A DNA stretch of 61,449 bases, counting the filler, from Diploschistes diacapsis (lineage: Eukaryota): NCBI GenBank assembly GCA_023645945.1. It is 7 parts of 7 records of this genome, joined end to end, with 100 filler letters (N's around TTAATTAATTAA, not from the genome) between each part and the next. Parts side by side here need not be neighbours in the genome. Positions count along the whole stretch, not along the records: positions 33,403 to 61,449 come from JALAIB010000155.1; 6 more parts are not named here. The stretch is one strand, 5' to 3'. Positions 50,301-58,993 of the stretch are shown one piece after another; positions within the stretch are counted from its first letter, which is position 1, and the number at the start of each line of letters is the position of its first letter. The notes under the pieces are model-generated. The model was not told the origin of the DNA, did not search any database, and saw only the letters and a list, made by a program, of their open reading frames with translations. Position numbers and translations under genes: made by a program.

Positions 50301-52665
50301 TGTCTTTGGAACAGGTCTCAAGGATAATCTTCGGTGGTCGAATATCAAGAAGTTCCGCTGCATGCTGAAGGGGTTCGATCAGAGGATCCGTCAAGGCGGT
50401 GTGGAAGGCATTTTGAATCTGCAATCTCTTGAAGCGCATTGGCTCCGACGAAGACTCTAGGAAGGCCTCGAAAGTATCCACCGACGACGTGCTTCCTGCA
50501 AGTACAAAGCTTTGCGGACCGTTGTAGCAAGCAATTTCAAGACCCAGATGAGCGTGCTGAGTCATTAATCTTGACACTCTGTCCGGCCCTGCTTCAATCG
50601 CGATCATCGATCCAGGATCATCTCCCCATCGGTCCCGGATCAGGGCGGCCCGTTCGATTATCAGTCGCAAGGCATCTAGAAGCGACAATGCTCCAGACAC
50701 GCACAGAGCAGTCAGCTGGCCAAAGCTGTGTCCGATGAGCCGAGCGGGCCGGAGTCCACAGTCCAGCCAGGCCATGGCACTCGCATACTGTCCGCTGAAC
50801 AATGCAGAATGGTCAAAGATCACGTCACTGTACGGACCTGGCTCGAAGATGGCCGGGAAGATACTTGGAGCTCCAAGTGCTCGCAGCGTTGCATCACAGT
50901 CATCCAGATGTTTCCGGAAGATGTAAGAAGAGTTATAGAAAGTTCGAGGGACACTGGCCGTGTTGCCTGTCTGTCCGCCGAAGAATAATACCACTGGTCG
51001 TGGGTTTTCCTCTCTTGTGGGGGGCGGGCCGGATACCGCGGGATTGAGTAGATCTTTGAGCCCCTGGATTGAGGAAACAGTGCCATTTACGGAAAAAGGT
51101 AGACTCGCGTTCTTGCGGAGGAAAAGGTGGTATGCAATGTCTCTTAGTAGGTCGCTGTCGACCGACGGACCGATGAATCTTAGCAAAGCAAAGCAATACG
51201 ATGCCAGACTTGAAGGGCTAAAGGCTGTGATCGAGATCGGATAACTAGCAATCGACACATTCTCCAACGGCTTGGAGACGTCCGGCGGCTGAGTGACAAT
51301 CATGACTACGTTAGTTCCCGAGGCTCCATAGTTGTTCACGCAGGCAGCCTTGTACTGTGGATTCCACTGAAAGTTCTTCCTGGGTATCTCGATACCATCT
51401 GGCTCCAAAGGAGCAATGGCTGGATTGAGAGTGTGGAACAAAGCCTGCTGTGGAATCACTTCCTTCTGCATCATCAGTAATACCTTGATCAAGCCGGATA
51501 TTCCGGAGCTGGCTTCTGTGTGTCCAATGTTGCTCTTGAGCGACCCCAAATAAGTTTTTCTGTGATCGCTCTGATAAGACGGATTGCTGAACACGCCTCG
51601 GATGCTGTCCACCTCGATAGGATCCCCGACAGGTGTACCGGTTCCATGAGCCTCGACATAGGAGATGTCTCTGGGAACAAGACCGGCGATACTTAACGCT
51701 TTTCGGTAGAGCTTCATCTGGGAGGGTGCGTGAGGGACGGTGATGGAGCATTCGTTGGCATTTTGATTGATGGCGGTCGCAGCAATGACTCCTTTGATAG
51801 GGTCGCCGTCCCGCAGTGCGGCAGAGAGTTTCTTGAGGACAATGAAAGCTACGCCCTCCGCTCGGCAGTACCCATCGCCTGCAGCATCAAAGGATTTCGA
51901 CTGCCCGGTTGTGCTAATGAAGCTGCCGCGGGCGAGGTTCTGGAAAGTATCGGGGCTGACGAAGACGTTTGTGGCTCCTGCAACTGCACTGCTGCATTCT
52001 TCTGTGGCAACGGCGCGGCAGGCTTGATGTATGGCGGTGCCGGATGCTGCACACGCCGTGTCGTACATGATGGCGGGACCGGTCCAACCAAAATGATGGC
52101 TCACTTTGCCCGCAATGAATGGCCGGATGGATCCGGTCAGGGAGAATGCGGAAGGAGGATGACAGGCCACGTTCTCGTGATACTCATTCATACATGTTGC
52201 GACGTAGCAACCCATGTCCCTTTCCGTTTCCCCAGCATCACGGCCAAAGTAGCCAGCAGACTCCAAAGCCTGATATGCAACCTGCAGGGCCAGTCTCTGC
52301 TGCGGATCCATAAACATGGCCTCGCGGCTTGCAACTTTGAAGAATTTGTGATCGAATGCATCCACGTCGCTCATGGGGTTGCACTTCATATTCTTTGGAT
52401 ATGCCCTCCGCTCGAAGCGAGAGGCCGGAAACCGGTCCTCCGGAAGCTCGTCACACATGGATGTCCCCGTCTCAAGGATATGCCAGAATTGCTCCAGTGA
52501 GTCTGCACCGGGAAACTTGCATGCCATCCCTATCACCGCGACCGCCAAGTCTGAATGTGAGGAGGAAGGAGATCCGTCTGATGCCGGGCACATGCTTTCC
52601 GATCCATTCTCCGGTTCACGACTTTTCGACTCCCCACCGGTTTGTGTCAAAATGTTCTTCGCCAT
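47362..52665 (-). CDS. Iterative type I PKS, non-reducing/methylating type: KS-AT-PT-like-ACP-CMeT (no SAT, no TE/R)
   Basis: KS: DTACAAS, EAHGTGT, NIGHTE. AT: GHSFG and AFHT. ACP: LGIDSLM. CMeT: VLEIGGGT and TNVIHAT. KS starts about 40 aa after Met, and the stop follows directly after CMeT. Intronless, 1767 aa. Confidence 0.95.
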   Translation of the reverse strand: MAKNILTQTGGESKSREPENGSESMCPASDGSPSSSHSDLAVAVIGMACKFPGADSLEQFWHILETGTSMCDELPEDRFPASRFERRAYPKNMKCNPMSDVDAFDHKFFKVASREAMFMDPQQRLALQVAYQALESAGYFGRDAGETERDMGCYVATCMNEYHENVACHPPSAFSLTGSIRPFIAGKVSHHFGWTGPAIMYDTACAASGTAIHQACRAVATEECSSAVAGATNVFVSPDTFQNLARGSFISTTGQSKSFDAAGDGYCRAEGVAFIVLKKLSAALRDGDPIKGVIAATAINQNANECSITVPHAPSQMKLYRKALSIAGLVPRDISYVEAHGTGTPVGDPIEVDSIRGVFSNPSYQSDHRKTYLGSLKSNIGHTEASSGISGLIKVLLMMQKEVIPQQALFHTLNPAIAPLEPDGIEIPRKNFQWNPQYKAACVNNYGASGTNVVMIVTQPPDVSKPLENVSIASYPISITAFSPSSLASYCFALLRFIGPSVDSDLLRDIAYHLFLRKNASLPFSVNGTVSSIQGLKDLLNPAVSGPPPTREENPRPVVLFFGGQTGNTASVPRTFYNSSYIFRKHLDDCDATLRALGAPSIFPAIFEPGPYSDVIFDHSALFSGQYASAMAWLDCGLRPARLIGHSFGQLTALCVSGALSLLDALRLIIERAALIRDRWGDDPGSMIAIEAGPDRVSRLMTQHAHLGLEIACYNGPQSFVLAGSTSSVDTFEAFLESSSEPMRFKRLQIQNAFHTALTDPLIEPLQHAAELLDIRPPKIILETCSKDNTWQKVTPNLVASHTRDPVYFHEAVERIAEELGPCTWLEAGSASAAPMLRRALGTEASSHKIKALKPDPASSLKLLADLTTELWNLGLPVQFWPFHQSQHHQYGTLNLPPYQFDKSRHWLEWKAWAPPAVLIQQPDSEEIPLLRLVQMTKKGGDFKINTQHKEWRTACSEHQILKVPICPLSFLLRLIFKALDKIQSASTQKVNAYCIEYLAVEHPIPAQLENGLTLTISSARNPQSWTFVLGDTPNSSQRYSSGTIFASNKGTGPDFARFQRLVDTTRIRDLTNDTEADSVKGKAVYKSLAGLFQMPKSAQRIKEASAKGKEAAAYIIPLPNSLSETIEQLIQVPLCCLNGLQDRREGEIYIHTTIGQVDYKDCLSLSSDRDISWAVYLKVFESQGSETTCDIFAFDMESGKLSTIMLDVTFTRISIETLRQALGGTAAFPQPITSRESIPAETIKPVKPSPSPSQNPEPTLKDLVPPKSSDLQDLAEVLCDLLARVADVDPGMLRNDTTVADLGIDSLMVIEIAEEINTTFSINLAMDEIVNVDNFGSLCEMIAKNARGFSYDSGAGLQSESDVLDSDGPSANPTTSASSDTKLSSDEEGDPQSTDGSLNGSFKALNVIREEFDLFARQTGCDKFWSHVYPSQAGLIVAYITEAFAKLGVDLSSIRAGQKIPAVPHVPKYDKLLHRLMLALRDDGLISQVGSRWARTSKQVSTQPSSSERFDQILADFPQFIVEHKLLHVVGPNLDACLDGKLDPLSLIFGSQEKRKLMADQYLIAPIQASVSQQLASFIGKSFTSRTSRQTAVRVLEIGGGTCGTSLHAVKALAQLRLPIEYTFTDISPSFVSAAKIKLAEYRFVKYRTLDITADPSSELRGYFDMIIATNVIHATPDTCKSVGHARQMLRPGGVLALVEYTRKLYLLDVIFGQLDGWWAFDDGRDHALMDESQWKAVLARAGFDRVDWTGGRSRESELLRIILAG

Positions 52666-54284
52666 CGAGTGTCACCGTCCAGCTGCTCCGCTGAACAATT
52701 TGAGTTCGTCTGTTCTTCAGTCAAGAGCACGAACGATGGAAGAATGACTCCATTGAATCGCAAGAGCTCAAAATGAAAGTAAAGCGCTAACCGTGAGCGA
52801 AGGCCACAGTTACCTCCAGGCCCTCTTTAACTGCGCTTCAGACTATGTGGAAGTCATGCAGGCGTATCGAGGTCGTGACCTGTAAGTGATTTCACAGACC
52901 ACACAGCATTTCATTAGCCATTGAAGTCCGGAAAGCTAGTGTTCACTTAATTGAAGGAAGTATCTCCACCGTGATCCTAGCCAGTAGCAGGGACCGCAGA
53001 TTATGAAAATCCACGCCTTTCGCCATAGCTGCTGAGATATCAAGAACGCCTGGCTTCGCCTCTCCCATGAACTGCCAGGTCATATCTGCATTCCTTCGAG
53101 CATCTTCCGATTGGCCCACAAGAAGCTCTCCCAAATCCCATTGAGAAAGAGTCGATAGCAATGCATCCACGCCGCACCTAGAATGGCTCGAAGAGCGACA
53201 ACTCGGTGACAAAGGTCTAGAAGCCATTTCTAAGCTCTAACTTGGGCAGCAGATGTTAAGCAAGGCGCGAGGCAGAGCCCATGCCCAGGTATGTTGATTG
53301 TCTGCCGTGCATAATGGACGCGGCCCGAATCATGCGGTCGAGATGCATCATGCATGAATTCAACTGGCACAATGCATACTCCCTTCCCCCGCGCATGATA
53401 GTAGTCTTGGGTAGATACCATTGACCGTTGTTGGTTGGCAGCTCTGCAGGCCCGTGGATTTGGGAGCCATGGTCCCAGGAAATCTCACCTGCTAAATAAG
53501 GTTCGAGTCTCATGGGCTCCTTCGGCAATACTCAAACTCTATATGCGTTGCGCGCTTGGCCTACAGCCGACGAATAAGTGTGTACGTGCTGTCTACCGAC
53601 AGCTGGGCCTCGATATTTTTTTGCCTCTCACACAGGCTTCCTGGTGGTCCAGCGTACGGTTCAACTGCTGGCTAGAAATTCTAAAGGATCAAAGGATTCG
53701 TACATACGACGTTACATACACGCATGCACTACGCCATATTTTCAATTTTCTGCATTACACCGGCCCCCCCCCGTGCAACAGATGGACTCTCATAAAGGCC
53801 TCCCAAAGTGTGTTTCTAGACAGATTCGGAAGGTGCTGCGTATCATTTTTTCGATGCCCGGGTTTGAGCTGTACGCCATCTTACGATATGGCATCAGATT
53901 ACTTCCGATCGAGATGACGATTGACTGTGAGTGAAGCGATTATCTCTCCCCAAATCACTAGCGTCTTAGAGCGGGGATCAGATGAGTTCCTCCGGCATGC
54001 AGCAGTTGAAGCTGTCATGCAGGTTTGCTCAGCTGAAAGTACTTGCAAGGCTGTATCAACCGCTGGGGGGGGGCCTTCCCTTTGGCAAATCAATAAGATC
54101 GTGAAGGCACAACAGCAGGCGGTCCATACTGCAAGGGCCTCCGAAGGATTCATCACCAGAAGCTCCCACATGGGAACTGTAAGCATGCGATTCGGATCCA
54201 GTGCTCGAAAGCGCAAGCCACTAAGTTTGGCTACAGAATCTTAAATACGATTTGATGTGAGTGCATTACCGACCAATAAGCCCT

Positions 54285-54833
54285 TTACTCATCGTCCCTT
54301 GGGGTGAGAGTGCCATGCAGATCGTACTCGGTGAACCCCATCATCGGCTGCACTCCTTCCAATTTCCAGACTCCATCTACCTTCTTGTACCAGTGCTGGG
54401 TGGCTCCGTGGGCATGTCCCTTGTTCGCCACTTCTTTAAGGTCGTCCTTGGTGTAACGCTGATGTGCCACTCGGATTTGGTGCTCAGCAGTGACACTGTT
54501 GTTGCTCAGACGCTCCCATCTCGCGCCGCCAAGAAGGTGCTGAGTCTTGAGTCTCTGGCCTCCAAGCAATTTCTTGTCCGAGAGGATGGCGACATAGGCG
54601 TCAGGAGTCAGATTATCGTGCAAACCCATCCCAAGCGCAGTAAAGTCGAGGCGTACCGAGGGCGCAAGAATTCTCCGTAGGCGCTCCCAGTCCTTGTTGT
54701 CGTAACTTTGGGCCCACTCGAAAGCGACGTTGCGCATCTCGAGATAGTCTGAGATTGCACTAGTCAGCATGCACAGAATCTTTTCTTATCAGCGAGATTG
54801 GTTCATGCCTGCGAATAAAATGTCGGTGGCCAT
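54285..54833 (-). CDS. Scytalone dehydratase-like (NTF2/SnoaL-fold) protein
   Basis: FEWAQSYDNKDWERLRRILAP, LKTQHLLG, HQIRVAHQRY and GHAHG..HWYKKVDGVWK motifs. Probable GC-AG intron 54749-54808 after MATDILFA. Confidence 0.9.
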
Positions 54834-55208
54834 TCTTATCTCACAGTATAGAAGTTCAAGAGCAATAGGATTTGTTTTCCTTTGAATTTGCAGCCGGTGG
54901 GGTTTGGAATGAAACCGACCTTGCGCCTTAAATAAAGAAGCGGACTGTTTACTGACTTGGGCTCGTAACGGTGCTGTTGGCGTAGGCGGTTGATGCAGGA
55001 TGGCGATATGCAGGGGGAGAGCTAGGGTTGACTGGTTTGATCGCCGCCCTGACAAGAATCCGGGATCAGGCCGATCGCAGTCAGCAAGTCTGCCCCAGCG
55101 GTATCTCACGAGCCAGCAATGGACTATTCATTACAACGCCGACTGACTACTGTGGCGGTAAATGCGTGGTTGTATCGCAACTTCTAATCCGAGAGTTTGA
55201 GATTTCTC

Positions 55209-56519
55209 CTAGACGTCCCACAACACTTCTATCATACTGAGCTTACACCCTTCTGGTCTAATGATGTTTGCCATGGTGAACCGCGCATCACTCAGTTCCA
55301 GCACGTGCCTGAATTGTCCAGCTGATCGGTCCTTTCCATTCGAGATGGTTGCCATAATGAAATCCTGCTGCAAGTTGAATTTCTCGGACAACTTCTTCGC
55401 CGGCTTATCGTCCAGCACTGAATCCCAGATGAGTACTCTGGAGCCTTGCTGCAGCGCCGGAATGAGTGCATGAAGTATCAGTGAGCTATGATGATCGCTC
55501 CAATTATGAAGACATCGGCTGATGAGGAATGCATCCGGTGGATTTTGCTGTGCCCTTTGAGGGACCATGAAGCTGTGGGCTTCAAAGGAGATCCGCTCAC
55601 TGAGATTGGTAGGAAGCTTCTCCCGCCCCTGCTCTACAACATGTGGGAGATCCTGGACTATGAAGGCTAGATCATGAGTGTGCTTGGCTAAGGCTTGGGA
55701 TATCTGACCGTATCCCCCGCCGAGATCGACCACTCGTGCGCCAGGCCGGTCTAGCTTTGACCAATCAAATGCTTTGATAATGTCAAAGAAACTGAAGTCT
55801 TTGTCCTCGACGCAGTATTTCATGGCCGAGTCGAAGCGACGGGCACGGTCCGGCTCTTGCGCCAAAACAGTGAACAGGGACCGGCCGCCGTTCTGTAAGC
55901 TGAAGGCGCTCTGGTCGGGCTCTCCGACATCGTCTCCAAACCTTTCCCAGGCCTCGATGAGCTTCAAGCTGGCTGGACCAATGTCCTCAATCTGCAGGCC
56001 AATGGCGTTGTAGTAGCCCTCGTTCTCGGCCAATAACCTGGATATGGCAGTGTGGCGAACTCGGCCTGGTTCTAACTCGTCGAAGATGTTCAACGGCATG
56101 GCTGCTCGAATTGTGCGGACTGCGAGTGATTCACTCAGTCCACTGGCCGCTGAAATCTCATGGTACGTCGCGCTCCCCTCGATGGGTATCGTCGAGGCTA
56201 GCTTGTATCGCCATATGATATGAAGAACGAGTTGCTCGGTCCACTGTCACCCGTTAGGCCCAGCATGAGACAATGCGTCAGGAGCTGGAAGTACGCTAAA
56301 GGAAATTTCGAGCCCTGAAAGCCTGGCTCCCCTAACCAGCTGTCTAAACTCGTGGCTAGCGTCGAGCAGATCCCACCGGAGTTTTTGAGCATCATCCGGC
56401 AGTAATTCAAGCGTATCCCTGTCAAATGAAGTGTTGGGGATCTTGTTCTGCTCAAGGATTGCCTCAAGTCTCTTAGCCTGGGCTAGCTGTTCTTCCGCTA
56501 GAGCTACTAGCGAAGGCAT
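55209..56519 (-). CDS. SAM-dependent O-methyltransferase (fungal secondary metabolism type)
   Basis: N-terminal dimerisation region; VVDLGGGYG, FIVQDLP, SRCLHNWSD and NGKDRS motifs. Intron at about 56245-56293. Confidence 0.92.
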
Positions 56520-56979
56520 GGTCGCGAGGGGGACTCTGATCTCTTACGATCAAAAATATAGAATGTGGAGGCTGCGACATGATATATAAGCAGTATCCCT
56601 TACATGCTGATAAAATCTCGAGTGCCTGCTCGAGGTACAGCATGGAGAGAAGGACCCAGCCCCTGTCCCTGCCCGAGTCTGCAGAGCCAGACTCCAATGC
56701 AGACAACTTGTAAATTACCATAGTCGGTCTAAGTGAGGCCAATGATCTGCATTCTATGTTGATCCTGGCGACTCCTTTCCTTCGAAGGCCGTGGGGTGAG
56801 TGTATGCGATGCGACACTAAGCCTCGAACTTGTGGCGTTGCAGACTAGATTCTGCGATAGGTCGCTCATCCTGTAAGGCCTTTATTTGCTCTTCTGCTTA
56901 GCGACTTTTCGTCGATTCCCTTCCCTTTGCTTCTTTGTGCAATCCTCCATATCCTTTTGGTCCATCGCATGCTCAAGCA

Positions 56980-58223
56980 ATGGCCGATTCAGGAGACGAC
57001 AAAGGTTCTTTAGTTGTGGGAGTGGTCATAACGACGCTGGTTCTAGGTGGTATCTTCGTTTTCGCTCGAACCATCACACGTACGATCATAAAGCCTCAGT
57101 TCTCGTGGGATGATGCGCTTATTGTCATAACTTGGGTATGATTTCCAGTTGCGCAATCTTCAAAGTATGTGTTCGCTAAGTCTGCTGCTCTTTTAGTTCA
57201 TCATCCTGGGTTACAACTCGGCCATGTTCGTCTCGGTCAGTCATGGTTATGGCAAGCATGCCACCGACTTAACTGTGGAGCAAACAACCTCAACAGTCCA
57301 GGCGGAGGTCATCGGCCAGGTTATGGCTATCGCGTCATTCCCGACCGGCAAAGCTTCCATTGCGTACCTAATATTGCGCATATTCCCAGGTAGGAAGCTG
57401 AGATGGTTTCTGTGGATGCTCGTCGCCGGCAATGCCATCTTCTTCTACATCGATGCCATCCTGATAGTGGTTCAGTGCCAGCCAGTGGCGTTTCAATGGG
57501 ATCATTCGATCCAAGGAGGATCTTGCTGGGACTCTGCGGTTGTCATCGACTGGGGATTCCTCACTGGAGGTTCGTCTGAGAGCACTGCGGCGACGATTCA
57601 AACTTGGGACTAACATGCTATGCAGTTTTCGGCGCATTCACTGACTTTACATTTGCTATACTGCCTGTGTTCTATGTCATTAAGCTTCAGATAGGTCTCA
57701 AAGAGAAGATCAGCGTCAGCGTGGCACTAAGCATGGGAATATTCGCCGCCATTTGTTCCATCCTCAAGATTTATTACACCTCGACCTTAGGAGCCCATAC
57801 TGACTACACATGTAAGTCTTCCGAGGGACGCCATGGAAAAGAAGAGCAAGCCTGATCTGTACAACAGTCGACACCGTTCCCTTGGTCGTGTGGTCTTGCG
57901 TGGAGCTGGCTCTTATCAACATAGCTGCTTGCATTCCAGCTCTGCGTCCACTTTACCTGTGGCTAAGCGGTGAGGATCCCAGAGGCCAGAGCGGCAAACA
58001 TTCTGGCTATGAACTGAGATACGGCACGGCTCCCCGACGCTTCGGACCATCTGCCTATTGCAGTGCAAGAGGCGCCCAGCTCGAGTCTTCGGACGATCAC
58101 GATCATAATATCTATCAAACCAGAACAACCGATATCAACTTCATGAACCGTAAAGATATGCAGTCTTCGACAGAGGGCGACATAAAGGGCGCGGTTGCTA
58201 CGCATGTATATCAAACACTATGA
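56980..58223 (+). CDS. PTH11-like (fungal rhodopsin-domain) membrane protein
   Basis: ARTITR..FSWDD, HGYGKH, GKASIA, QCQPVAFQWD..GSCW, TDFTFAILP and WSCVELALINIAACIPALRP motifs; three introns. Confidence 0.88.
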
Positions 58224-58993
58224 ATGTCAATAAAGTGTTATATTCTAGGCCTATAATGCTTTACGATGGTCTGGTCTGAGTTGCAAGTCAACCCAAGTAC
58301 AGCTAGTGGAATATCACCGTAAGCAGCTGATAACATACCAAGAACTACAGAAGTTCAATGAAGATTTAAAGCAGACTGAACATCCATCCAAAGCAGGCTT
58401 CGCCTAACCGGCGTATAAGACCAACACAAGCCGCGGCTTCTGTTGTCAAGATAGTATACGATCAAGTAGAAACAAAAGCGATACATTTCCTCGACGTTGG
58501 ACAGGAGATTCTCTTTGCAAAAATGCAAGAGCGTCTGTTTCGTGGAATAAAGTGCCATGAGGCGCGTTCCTACCGACGGCTTATATTTTGAGAGTGGAGA
58601 TAGAACTTTGAATCCAGCCTGCTATGGCTTATTGGGAGCTTTCGCCGTTGATATAGTCCGGCGATGCTCGACATATGTTTGAATAGATCCCTGTTATCCT
58701 CCCCATTAACCGCATCAGCTGAAAATTGATTGGATCAAAGTTATATCTGAGCCTGAAACAACTTTTTCTCGGCACGGGGGTAGCGGAAAAACCGATGTTC
58801 CGTTTTAAGCGAAAAGTAAGCTAGCCCCCAAACAGTTGTGCTTCATGTGGCGCGTCTAGTACGCGATCCCTTCTTTGGCCTCAGTCCGTATAGGTATTTC
58901 CTCTACAGCAATAATTTACAGATGGGACGATAGTACGCTTTATTCAACGCTGGAGAAGCATTTCTAGGCGTATTCGTAGTTGATTTGTTCAGC

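Noticed and set aside
47474..52747. Many + strand ORFs antisense to the PKS, and similar shadow ORFs over other genes (e.g. 34536-35216, 60253-60918)
   Set aside because: Antisense shadows of GC-rich coding sequence with no motifs of their own.
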